From positions 810,001-842,000 of the forward strand of contig NZ_AP013043.1 in assembly GCF_016592615.1 (NCBI RefSeq): DNA of 32,000 nucleotides, read 5' to 3'. Positions 10,326 through 18,230 of this stretch are shown one piece after another. The notes under the pieces were generated by a model. That model saw nothing but the letters and a program-made list of their open reading frames with translations, did not search any database and had not been told where the DNA came from. A program made the translations under genes and the position numbers. Each line of letters starts with the position of its first letter. Position 1 is the first letter of the stretch. The DNA is from Isorropodon fossajaponicum endosymbiont JTNG4 (GTDB lineage: Bacteria; Pseudomonadota; Gammaproteobacteria; PS1; Pseudothioglobaceae).

Positions 10326-10910
10326 CTACTCTAATAATTCAAAAGCATTAATCACACTTTCAGCCACATCAACAATGCGCTTATTTTTATTCATGGCCAT
10401 TTTACGTAACGACTGGTAGGCTTCATCTTCATTGACACCCTTGTGTTGCATTAACAAGCCTTTGGCTTTTTCAACTGCTTTACGCTCTGAAAGCAGATTA
10501 CGTGTCGCATCAAGCTCGTCTTTAAGTGCTTGAAACTCTCTAAATCTAGCAATCGCTACATCAATAATAGGTTGCACTCTATTCTCTTCAAGTCCATCAA
10601 CAATATAAGCATGAACGCCAGATTTAATAGCAGAGCTTGCCATTCCAGGATCTGATTCTTCAGTAAACATAACAATAGGCTTAGGTTTGGTTTTGTTAAT
10701 GTCTGTCAAATTTGCAAACACTTGTTCATCAGGAATATCTGCATTAACAATCACCACATCCGCATGCGTCATTTCATTACTATCTTGTAAGTTTGAACTG
10801 TCACTCATGCGACAAATCACTTCATGACCCTTATCTTGCAAGGCTCTACGTAACATGGCTGAACGCCCTGTATTTTTATCAACTAAGATAATTTTTAAAG
10901 CGGTATTCAC
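10326..10910 (-). CDS. ANTAR-domain RNA-binding antiterminator with pseudo-receiver domain (NasT/AmiR family)
   Basis: 194 aa with a GTG start that overlaps the upstream stop (GTGA). The N-terminus is a REC-like fold. The C-terminal ANTAR signature is ERKAVEKAKGLLMQHKGVNEDEAYQSLRKMAMNKNKRIVDVAESV. The phospho-acceptor position reads Asn (VVIVNADIPD). Confidence 0.85.
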   Translation of the reverse strand: MNTALKIILVDKNTGRSAMLRRALQDKGHEVICRMSDSSNLQDSNEMTHADVVIVNADIPDEQVFANLTDINKTKPKPIVMFTEESDPGMASSAIKSGVHAYIVDGLEENRVQPIIDVAIARFREFQALKDELDATRNLLSERKAVEKAKGLLMQHKGVNEDEAYQSLRKMAMNKNKRIVDVAESVINAFELLE

Positions 10911-11347
10911 TTAATACGTGATTTAAAAATAGCTCTATGCACATCACCGATACTAACAATGCCAACTAATTTATTGTTGTGAGTTACTGGGATTCTTCTA
11001 AAATTTCTAAGCCACATAGTGGATGCTGCTTTAAGGCATGGCATACTTAAATCAATGCTAGCAACATCTTTAGTCATCAATTCGCCCACTTTAACATTCA
11101 TGGTATCTTTGTAATTATGCTCCATATTTTCAAAGTCAAAATGTGTATCACTCATCACTTCATCTAATTTTGGAAACATGTGTTGTAGAATATCTTTTTC
11201 AGAGATAATGCCGACTAAATTGTTATCATCATCTACCACTGGCGCGCCACTAATATGATCCATCACCATAATAATAGCAATGTCTTTGACCAGCTGATCA
11301 GGGGTGACTGTTTTCACATTGGTTGACATAATATCTTGAACTTGCAT
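10907..11347 (-). CDS. CBS-pair (Bateman) domain protein
   Basis: 146 aa with two CBS repeats: DIMSTNVKTV...GAPVVDDDNNLVGIISEKDIL and ELMTKDVASI...RRIPVTHNNKLVGIVSIGDV. It has no other domain. Confidence 0.85.
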   Translation of the reverse strand: MQVQDIMSTNVKTVTPDQLVKDIAIIMVMDHISGAPVVDDDNNLVGIISEKDILQHMFPKLDEVMSDTHFDFENMEHNYKDTMNVKVGELMTKDVASIDLSMPCLKAASTMWLRNFRRIPVTHNNKLVGIVSIGDVHRAIFKSRIK

Positions 11348-11401
11348 GTTTATACCTCAGTATCTTTTATTAAAACTTTCATTCTACCTGATTTCTCTTA
11401 A

Positions 11402-11436
11402 ATTCAAATAAAACATAAGGCAAAATACCTTATGTT
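11402..11436 (-). terminator. candidate intrinsic terminator after the glnK-amtB-porin operon
   Basis: 9-bp stem AACATAAGG/CCTTATGTT (11412-11420, 11428-11436) followed on the minus strand by UUAUUUG. A second 11-bp hairpin lies at 11454-11481. Confidence 0.5.
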
Positions 11437-11539
11437 TTTTTGATAAAAGTTTTTACCTTGTTAAATGCAATTAACAAGGTAAATAACAATTTTTTATATA
11501 AAACCAAACTTGGCTAGCAATGCAGAATCCTTTAATATA

Positions 11540-12211
11540 TTAAAAACTTTTGCCAATACTAAAAACAATATGACTCTCGCTATCACCCTCTGTTGGTTTG
11601 GATTTATTCCAGACAATGGCATAATCAAGTTCACCCATAGATTTGGCAAGTGTTATAGAATGGTATTTATTACTATCTTTATAATCGCCATATACTAATG
11701 TGGTATCTATGCCTGATAATTCTAAATTATAAGACAATTCTAAATTATCGCTTGCGCCATCAATACCCTTGTACTGGGTCAATCCAAAGCCCTTGTAAGA
11801 TGTACCTACATAAACTTCTTCAAAATTAGCAGCGGTTGCATTTAGATATTGATAACTGATATAGCCAACTTCATAATCAACCTGCTTATAACTCATGGCA
11901 TATGAAGCATATAAATCCATTTCAATAGAAGCATCTTTTCCATTAGCATCTTTAAAACTAACATTTGAACCCCACACCCCAAGTGCAAATCCATTGTTAA
12001 AATCATAATCCAACCCACCTGAGATAGTCACTTCTTTCTCATAATTGCTTGCACTATCAACATGTTGTGCTAGCCCTCTCCAAATGTAATCATTAGCAAT
12101 AGTAATACTGCCACTAATGGGTGATTGCACTTCTTCAGCTAAAGATGCAAAACTCATTGTTGAAGTTAAGCCAATGGCTAATAATAATATTTTTTTTGTC
12201 TTGTTTTTCAT
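11540..12211 (-). CDS. outer-membrane beta-barrel protein of the TIGR02001/Gcw_chp type, commonly linked to amtB
   Basis: 223 aa. Signal peptide (..MSFASLA), the NDYIWRGLAQ motif, alternating beta-strand pattern and a C-terminal F. Lies immediately downstream of amtB. Confidence 0.75.
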   Translation of the reverse strand: MKNKTKKILLLAIGLTSTMSFASLAEEVQSPISGSITIANDYIWRGLAQHVDSASNYEKEVTISGGLDYDFNNGFALGVWGSNVSFKDANGKDASIEMDLYASYAMSYKQVDYEVGYISYQYLNATAANFEEVYVGTSYKGFGLTQYKGIDGASDNLELSYNLELSGIDTTLVYGDYKDSNKYHSITLAKSMGELDYAIVWNKSKPTEGDSESHIVFSIGKSF

Positions 12212-12293
12212 ATTTTTCCTTGTTTTAATTTTAAAAAAATTTTGTTTAAAGCAAGCGCCAAAAACGCTTATTTTTTTGTGTTGCTTATTGTCT

Positions 12294-13505
12294 TTATTTA
12301 GTGAACTCAGGGTAAGCTTCTAGGCCACATTCTGAAATATCAACACCTGAGAATTCTTCCTCTTCAGAAACTCGAATACCCATCACTGCCTTAAGCACCA
12401 GCCACAACACCATTGAAGTGCCAAATACCCAGATAAAAATTGTTCCTGCACCTGCCAACTGGCCACTAAATGACACGCTACTATTGGTTAATGGCACTGC
12501 TAACAAACCCCATAAGCCAACCACACCATGAACAGAAATTGCACCCACTGGATCGTCAATTTTGAATACTTTATCTAGAGCATTAATCGAAAATACCACC
12601 AAAATACCACCAACAGCACCAATTAATGTCGCTTCTAAAGCGCCCGGTGTGTCTGGACCCGCGGTAATTGCCACCAATCCAGCCAATGCACCATTAAGCG
12701 CCATGGTTAAGTCTGCCTTACCCCATAGTAATTTAACCAATAATAATGCTGCAATTACGCCACCTGCTGCTGCTGCATTTGTATTTAAAAATACCATTGC
12801 TACTGCATTAGCGCTTTCCTTGCTTGCCATTGCTAGCACTGAACCGCCATTAAACCCAAACCAGCCCATCCACAAAATAAACGTCCCTAAGGTTGCCATT
12901 GGCATATTAGCACCAGGAATCGCTCTAGAATTGCCTTGAGCATCATATTTACCCTTACGAGCACCTAGCACTAATACACCAGCCAAAGCTGCTGCTGCAC
13001 CTGCCATATGCACAATACCTGAACCTGCAAAATCAGCAAAACCTAAATCAGCCAATTTAAACAAACCAAAGACTGCATCACCATTCCAAGTCCAAGCACC
13101 TTCCATTGGATAAATCACTGCTGTAAATACAACGACAAAGGCAAAAAAAGCAAACAGCTTCATTCTTTCTGCTACTGCACCTGAAACAATTGACATTGCT
13201 GTTGCAACAAATACGACTTGAAAGTAAAAGTCTGCTGCATTTGAATATTTATCGCCCGTGCCACTAATGCCGTCTAATAAAATACCGCCACCATACATAA
13301 TGTCATAACCAACCACCATATACATCGTACAAGCAATTGCAAACAGACCAATATTTTTGGTCAAAATTTCAGCTGTGTTTTTACTACGAACCAACCCCGC
13401 TTCTAGCATCGAAAAACCAGCAGCCATCCACATAACTAATGCACCCATTACTAAAAAGTAAAAAGTATCTAGGGCGAATTGCATTTCAATTAATGTATTT
13501 TCCAT
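12294..13505 (-). CDS. amtB: ammonium transporter
   Basis: 403 aa, about 11 TM segments. DFAGSGIVHMAGAAAALAG, WFGFNGGS and VHGVVGLWG motifs. C-terminal IRVSEEEE..G.D. Confidence 0.95.
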   Translation of the reverse strand: MENTLIEMQFALDTFYFLVMGALVMWMAAGFSMLEAGLVRSKNTAEILTKNIGLFAIACTMYMVVGYDIMYGGGILLDGISGTGDKYSNAADFYFQVVFVATAMSIVSGAVAERMKLFAFFAFVVVFTAVIYPMEGAWTWNGDAVFGLFKLADLGFADFAGSGIVHMAGAAAALAGVLVLGARKGKYDAQGNSRAIPGANMPMATLGTFILWMGWFGFNGGSVLAMASKESANAVAMVFLNTNAAAAGGVIAALLLVKLLWGKADLTMALNGALAGLVAITAGPDTPGALEATLIGAVGGILVVFSINALDKVFKIDDPVGAISVHGVVGLWGLLAVPLTNSSVSFSGQLAGAGTIFIWVFGTSMVLWLVLKAVMGIRVSEEEEFSGVDISECGLEAYPEFTK

Positions 13506-13514
13506 GTTGTCTCC

Positions 13515-13862
13515 TTATAGTGCTACTGAGCCAGTTTCACCCGTACGAATACGAAGTACCTGCTCTAATGATGAAACAAATATTTTTCCATCGCCAATCT
13601 TACCCTCACCTTCTGATTTAGCAGCAGTGCTAATAGCCTCAACCACACTATTAACCTGATCTGCTGCAATGGCAATTTCTAGTTTAACTTTGGGTAAAAA
13701 ATCCACCGTATATTCTGCGCCACGATAAAGCTCTGTATGTCCTTTTTGACGACCAAAGCCTTTGACTTCTGTAGCTGTAATGCCTGAAACACCAATCACA
13801 GAAAGTGCCTCTCTAACATCATCGAGCTTAAACGGCTTAATAATTGCTGTTACCATTTTCAT
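13515..13862 (-). CDS. glnK: P-II nitrogen regulatory protein
   Basis: 115 aa. [20 protein letters not shown]...[21 protein letters not shown] with T-loop Tyr51. Lies directly upstream of amtB. Confidence 0.95.
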   Translation of the reverse strand: MKMVTAIIKPFKLDDVREALSVIGVSGITATEVKGFGRQKGHTELYRGAEYTVDFLPKVKLEIAIAADQVNSVVEAISTAAKSEGEGKIGDGKIFVSSLEQVLRIRTGETGSVAL

Positions 13863-13879
13863 TTAACTTCTCCTTTTTT

Positions 13880-13938
13880 AAAAACAAAAAAAGCCAGTCG
13901 TTATGCTTGTACAAAAATACAAACTTAACGACTGGCTT
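13880..13938 (-). terminator. leader terminator T2, immediately upstream of the glnK RBS
   Basis: Perfect 13-bp stem AAGCCAGTCGTTA/TAACGACTGGCTT (13891-13903, 13926-13938), with an inner TTGTA/TACAA extension. On the minus strand it is followed by UUUUUGUUUUU, then AAGGAG and ATG. Confidence 0.65.
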
Positions 13939-13973
13939 CAATACCTTATTGTCAGTTCCATCATGAAACTGAC

Positions 13974-14028
13974 AAAAAAAAAGACGTTTATCTAAAATTC
14001 CTTTTGCAAGAAATCTAAATAAACGTCT
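13974..14028 (-). terminator. leader terminator T1 (or the ligase-operon terminator)
   Basis: 10-bp stem AGACGTTTAT/ATAAACGTCT (13982-13991, 14019-14028). The upper stem UUUCUU/AAGGAA is capped by a GCAA tetraloop. Eight U follow on the minus strand. Confidence 0.65.
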
Positions 14029-14061
14029 ATGTTCTTTGCTAAGCACCCGCCTTTGGGTGCT
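14029..14061 (-). promoter_or_regulatory. two small hexaloop hairpins (P1, P2) with A at loop position 1 and G at position 4; candidate ANTAR binding site
   Basis: Minus strand: AGCACCC-AAAGGC-GGGTGCU (14061-14042), a 7-nt linker, then GAAC-AUAGAC-GUUU. The 3' half of P2 is part of the 5' arm of T1, so P2 and T1 are mutually exclusive. Confidence 0.4.
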
Positions 14062-14072
14062 AACTGCTGGTA

Positions 14073-14078
14073 ATTATA
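14073..14078 (-). promoter_or_regulatory. candidate sigma70 -10 box for the glnK leader
   Basis: Perfect TATAAT on the minus strand, about 12 nt upstream of hairpin P1. The -35 is weak (ATAGCA at 18-nt spacing). Confidence 0.35.
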
Positions 14079-14161
14079 ACCATAAAAACAAAGCAATGCT
14101 ATTTTTTTATTAAAAAAACAAAATTGTATCATAAGTACTGTTTGTACTCATTATTGCATGG

Positions 14162-16057
14162 TTAAATTTTAGATAAATAATCAGCTTCAGTCATCACTGC
14201 CACGCTAAACTTTTCAGCATCTTGGATTTTCTTTTGTCCAACTTTATCACCAATAACTAAGTAATCTATTTTGGCACTAATAGCAGTTGAAACTTTAATA
14301 CCAATTGACTTGGCGTGTTTTTTCATGTCATCTCTTGAATGGCTCATTTTGCCAGTAAAAACAATCTTTTTATTAAACAGTTCATGTGTTAATGTTTGCA
14401 GATATTTGGTTAGTATGGTTGTTTCCAAATTAAAACCATATTGATATAATTGATTAAATTCATCAGTAATAGAGGCCAACCTTTGTACAATTATTTGCGC
14501 TGTTAATTCAGCAAAGCCATCAATATTAACTATTTGTTCTAAATTTAAATCAAAAATATCATTCAAATGATGGGACTTTAAAAGGTTTTCACAATTGCCC
14601 AAACCCATTCGATGTACGCCAAATGCTGCTAAAAAACGCCAGTCTTCAACCTGTTCACTAACAGAACGGTTTAATTGGCTAATAAGGTTTATACTGGTTT
14701 TTTCGCCAAACCCCATTGCCACTAAATGCTCTATATTTAAAGCATAAATTTGTGAAACTGACCTAATATCATGCGCATATAACTTTTCAATAGTAGCAAT
14801 ACCAAAACCATCATTATTAGCTAATATCTTAAAAAAATAGGCCATTTTTCCAACAATTTGAGTAGGGCAATTTTCATGATTAATGCACATTAGAAAATCT
14901 GCTTCCCAAACAAGTGGCTTGTCGCAACTTGGGCAATTATCAGGAATGTCAACAGGCATAGGTTTTAGTACGGATACAATTTTAGGAATAACCAACCCAG
15001 AGCGAGTTAATTCAACCAGACTACCAGCACCCAAGCCTTGCTCTTTCACTAACCCGTAATGATGCCCTGTTGCACGTACAATGGTTGCGCCACTTAACAA
15101 GGTGGGTTCTAGCTCTGCCACTGGGGTTATTTTTCCACTACGTCCTACTTGAGGTGTCACGCTGAGCACTTTGACTTGTGCTTTGTCTTTATTTTCTTTA
15201 AAGGCAATTTGCCAGCGGTGGAATTTTCGATTAGCGCCCATTTGGGTTTTTAAATCAGCATTAATTACCTCAAAAACCACGCCGTCTACATCAAAATCTA
15301 CCATCACCAATACCTGAGCAACAATTTGGTCAAATTTAGCAGCTAATTCAGCCACAAGACCTGACCAAGTGGGTAATTGAACAAACGGAACAAACAAAGC
15401 GGCTTTATCTATAATGGTCTTTTGGACTTGCTCATCTAAGGCTTTTTCTTTAATAAGACTGGCTTGAAAATTACGTGGATATTCAAAACTGTGTGCTAAA
15501 TATTTTTCAAAATAGCTTTTTTTAATCACAATTTCACCTGCACCAAGTCCACGCTCAGCATCGTTAAAAACACACAAGCCTCGCTCGAATACTCGGGAAA
15601 TATCGCTGCCTTTTTTGCCATCACCTCGCGTATAAAGCCGATGGCCATCATCAAATCCAGCAAAGCCGTCTAGTTTAGGCGTGGCTTTGATTTGAATGGC
15701 ACTCAAATCTAGTCCAATCTGCATGGCTGATTTTTCTAAGCGTTCTATCCATTTGCTCACTTCATCCCATGAGTATGCCTTATCAATAGAAAGCATTGCC
15801 TCTGGTAATAAAACTTTTTCCTCAGAAAAAACCTGCCCTTCTGGCTCTATAGATTTGAGTAATGGATTGTCGGGGTCTCTATTTTTAAGTGCAGCAAGAT
15901 AAATAAAATCATAATCTTGGTCGCTAATAATAGGCTTTCCAGCTCGATAAGCTAGATTGGCTATTTGGCAAAATTGTGCTAATTCTTCATCTAACAACTC
16001 AACCACCAATATCTCTTGGCGGATGAGTTTATCAACAATGTCTTGTGACAGCGTCAC
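14162..16057 (-). CDS. ligA: NAD-dependent DNA ligase with LigA-type domain order, sequence-divergent
   Basis: 631 aa. Ia-like ..GKPIISDQDYDFIY, adenylation KLDGFAG, RGDGKKGSD, DGVVFEV, WQIAFK, OB VGRSGKITPVAELEP, Cys4 zinc finger (CPSCDKPLVWEADFLMCINHENCPTQ), HhH region and C-terminal BRCT. Whether this is the ligA ortholog or a paralog cannot be told from the window. Confidence 0.75.
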   Translation of the reverse strand: MTLSQDIVDKLIRQEILVVELLDEELAQFCQIANLAYRAGKPIISDQDYDFIYLAALKNRDPDNPLLKSIEPEGQVFSEEKVLLPEAMLSIDKAYSWDEVSKWIERLEKSAMQIGLDLSAIQIKATPKLDGFAGFDDGHRLYTRGDGKKGSDISRVFERGLCVFNDAERGLGAGEIVIKKSYFEKYLAHSFEYPRNFQASLIKEKALDEQVQKTIIDKAALFVPFVQLPTWSGLVAELAAKFDQIVAQVLVMVDFDVDGVVFEVINADLKTQMGANRKFHRWQIAFKENKDKAQVKVLSVTPQVGRSGKITPVAELEPTLLSGATIVRATGHHYGLVKEQGLGAGSLVELTRSGLVIPKIVSVLKPMPVDIPDNCPSCDKPLVWEADFLMCINHENCPTQIVGKMAYFFKILANNDGFGIATIEKLYAHDIRSVSQIYALNIEHLVAMGFGEKTSINLISQLNRSVSEQVEDWRFLAAFGVHRMGLGNCENLLKSHHLNDIFDLNLEQIVNIDGFAELTAQIIVQRLASITDEFNQLYQYGFNLETTILTKYLQTLTHELFNKKIVFTGKMSHSRDDMKKHAKSIGIKVSTAISAKIDYLVIGDKVGQKKIQDAEKFSVAVMTEADYLSKI

Positions 16058-16068
16058 CCTTTATTTAA

Positions 16069-17223
16069 CTAAAACTGCTTGGCAATATCGCCTAAGAATT
16101 GATAACTAAAGTCAATTGTTGCTTGCTTATTCTCTTCAGATAAATCATTAAAGTAAACTTCTGTTATATTGCTGTCAATCTGCCTAACAACAATTTGAAA
16201 AGACTTTTTAATCGCGTCATCGCCAAACATTCTTGAGAATATACCCTTGTCCTCTTCTTTAGCAATATTGATATAAAAACTACCTTCTTTAACATCTTTA
16301 TCCTCAACATCAATACCAAGTTGGTCCAATGCCCAGCCGATATTATTCCAAGTTTCATATTGCGTTAATGAGAACACCAGCTTGGCATAACCACCAATAC
16401 TTTTAGCAACCTTCACCGTTAACTCTTGTTGCTCTCTAGCAGCCATAATTTTCTCTCTAGCAAGAGTATGATCACTACCTAAAAAGGTCATTAATCGATA
16501 TAGCATTTCTGTTTCAAGTGTGTGATCTTTGGCTTGAAATTGCCAAATGGTATTTTCATCATCACTGCCTTTATTGGTCAATACTTCTTGCATTGAAGTA
16601 AGTGATAAATAAACCTCGGTCTTATTGCCATTGTCAGTGGGCTCAATACGAAGTCGATATTTATCAGCAATCGGTAGTGTGTATCTAGTTTTTGTTGCCT
16701 TTCTGAGCATAGAGCGAATAAAACCCAAAGATTGGTCAGGAATTTCTGGATGATTTTCTAAAAAATCAGTCTCCATCACCCCAATTTTTTTATTAGCTTT
16801 CTTGATAATAAAACCGTGAGACTTAAAGAAGCCTTTAGCCAAACCCCATACTGCATCCGGTTTTTTATCAACCACCAACCAACGAAGACTGCCAGATTTC
16901 ATCACCTCAACATTAGAAGGTGTTCTTAAAACATTTGAAGCCTCCTTGATGGTGCTGTCTTTTTCAGAGAAACTAATCAAATCCTCTTGAATATTGGCAA
17001 CATACTCACTTAACTTTAAGGCGTTTTGGGCACTGGGTTTGGTTAAATCTGGTGGGACTTCTAGAGAAGTTAATGTTTTATTTAAATAATATTTAATGTC
17101 TCTTTCACCAAGCCCATCTTGTTTTTGTTTTTCTTTACCACCTAAAGAAATACAACCACCTAAAGAAATACAACCACCTAAAGAAAACACCAAAAGCAGT
17201 GTTGTTAATTTTCTGATTACCAT
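16069..17223 (-). CDS. bamC: outer membrane protein assembly factor BamC (NlpB) lipoprotein
   Basis: Start taken at MVIRKLTTLLLVFSLGGC (ATG 17223, 2 nt after the dapA stop). Has a lipobox and the hallmark LEVPPDLTKP. dapA-bamC synteny is conserved. The longer tracked ORF to 17319 overlaps dapA. Confidence 0.85.
   Translation of the reverse strand: MVIRKLTTLLLVFSLGGCISLGGCISLGGKEKQKQDGLGERDIKYYLNKTLTSLEVPPDLTKPSAQNALKLSEYVANIQEDLISFSEKDSTIKEASNVLRTPSNVEVMKSGSLRWLVVDKKPDAVWGLAKGFFKSHGFIIKKANKKIGVMETDFLENHPEIPDQSLGFIRSMLRKATKTRYTLPIADKYRLRIEPTDNGNKTEVYLSLTSMQEVLTNKGSDDENTIWQFQAKDHTLETEMLYRLMTFLGSDHTLAREKIMAAREQQELTVKVAKSIGGYAKLVFSLTQYETWNNIGWALDQLGIDVEDKDVKEGSFYINIAKEEDKGIFSRMFGDDAIKKSFQIVVRQIDSNITEVYFNDLSEENKQATIDFSYQFLGDIAKQF
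17141..17186 (-). repeat. 18-bp tandem repeat (about 2.6 copies) duplicating the BamC lipobox
   Basis: CCTAAAGAAATACAACCA at 17141-17158 and 17159-17176, then a partial third copy. It encodes SLGGCI-SLGGCI-SLGGKE. Confidence 0.9.
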
Positions 17224-17225
17224 TA

Positions 17226-18116
17226 TTATATAACTCCTAAATTGGATAAATCTTGCTCTAGCATTGCTTGAGCTTGTTGTGATAGTGTTGTTAAGGGCAA
17301 GCGAATGCCATGATTGCACTTGCCCATTTTAAACATTGCCCATTTAACAGGGATTGGATTGGATTCAATGAACAAATGTTGATGCAAACCAGCCAGTGGT
17401 GCATTGGTTGATTCTGCTAATTCTCTGTCACTCTCAAGCGCGAATTGATAAGCACAAGCCACCTGCTTTGGTGCAACATTAGCCGTCACAGAAATGCCAC
17501 CATGTCCACCCATTAAAATAAATTCAACCGCTGTTGCATCATCACCACTATAAAGCAAAAAGTCATCCGCACATTGTTCAATCAATGCCTTTGCAACATT
17601 CAAATCACCCGTTGCATCTTTAATGCCGATAATATTATCAATATTGGACAAACGAAGTGCTGTTTCTACGCAGAGATCAACCGCCGTTCTACTAGGCACA
17701 TTATATAAAATTTGATCAATATCTACTGTTTCAGCAATCAACTTATAATGCTGATACAATCCCTCTTGAGTCGGCTTATTGTAATACGGCGTGACCAAAA
17801 GACAAGCATCCGCACCAATTGCTTTAGCAGCTTTAGTAAACTCAATAGCTTCAGAAGTCGAATTTGCACCCGTGCCAGCAATGACTGGAATGCGCGAATT
17901 GGCAAATTCAACCGTTGCCCGCATCACTTCAATATGCTCATCCTGATTAAGCGTTGCACTTTCGCCTGTGGTACCCATCGAGACAATTGCTTTAGTGCCA
18001 GCATCAATATGAAACGCCACCAATGATTTTAGCGTATCAAAATCTATCGACCCATCATCAAACATTGGGGTGATTAGGGCGACCATTGAGCCAGTTAGTG
18101 GATGATTTATACGCAC
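17226..18116 (-). CDS. dapA: 4-hydroxy-tetrahydrodipicolinate synthase
   Basis: 296 aa. GSMVALITPM...GTTGESATL...AGTGANST...YNVPSRT and the catalytic Lys context GIKDATG. Confidence 0.95.
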   Translation of the reverse strand: MRINHPLTGSMVALITPMFDDGSIDFDTLKSLVAFHIDAGTKAIVSMGTTGESATLNQDEHIEVMRATVEFANSRIPVIAGTGANSTSEAIEFTKAAKAIGADACLLVTPYYNKPTQEGLYQHYKLIAETVDIDQILYNVPSRTAVDLCVETALRLSNIDNIIGIKDATGDLNVAKALIEQCADDFLLYSGDDATAVEFILMGGHGGISVTANVAPKQVACAYQFALESDRELAESTNAPLAGLHQHLFIESNPIPVKWAMFKMGKCNHGIRLPLTTLSQQAQAMLEQDLSNLGVI

Positions 18117-18173
18117 TTTGATTACTTAATAAAACTAATTAGTGTGGATTATATACGAATCCGTTTTTATCAA

Positions 18174-18211
18174 CATAAAAAACCTGCTAATGGTTTAACA
18201 ATAAGCAGGTT
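18174..18211 (-). terminator. candidate intrinsic terminator downstream of the decayed amtB
   Basis: 8-bp stem AACCTGCT/AGCAGGTT (18181-18188, 18204-18211) followed on the minus strand by UUUUAUG. Confidence 0.5.
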
Positions 18212-18230
18212 CAATTAAGCTTAGTTTAGC

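Noticed and set aside
12562-12939. 125-aa plus-strand ORF inside amtB. Similar shadow ORFs occur at 18415-18822, 19406-19654, 218-519, 1573-1843, 8915-9253, 15696-15902, 17712-18026, 25336-25647 and 26470-26700.
   Set aside because: All lie antisense or out of frame within strongly supported genes. They have low-complexity Ala/Pro/Ser-rich or hydrophobic composition, no RBS and no recognisable motifs.
13837-14046. 69-aa minus-strand ORF spanning the glnK leader.
   Set aside because: It is built from the terminator stems and U/A runs (F/L/K-rich) and overlaps the glnK start. The RNA structure explains the region better.
13863-14161. sigma54 promoter for the intact glnK-amtB operon.
   Set aside because: No GG-N10-GC element with TGGCA/TTGC context occurs on the minus strand. 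The only good promoter-like hexamer is the TATAAT at 14073-14078.
16069-17319. Long version of bamC (416 aa), and likewise the long version of queE (30803-31534).
   Set aside because: The upstream extensions overlap the preceding genes (dapA, uvrB) by about 90 nt and add non-homologous residues. The internal ATGs at 17223 and 31444 give a canonical lipoprotein signal and the canonical QueE N-terminus.
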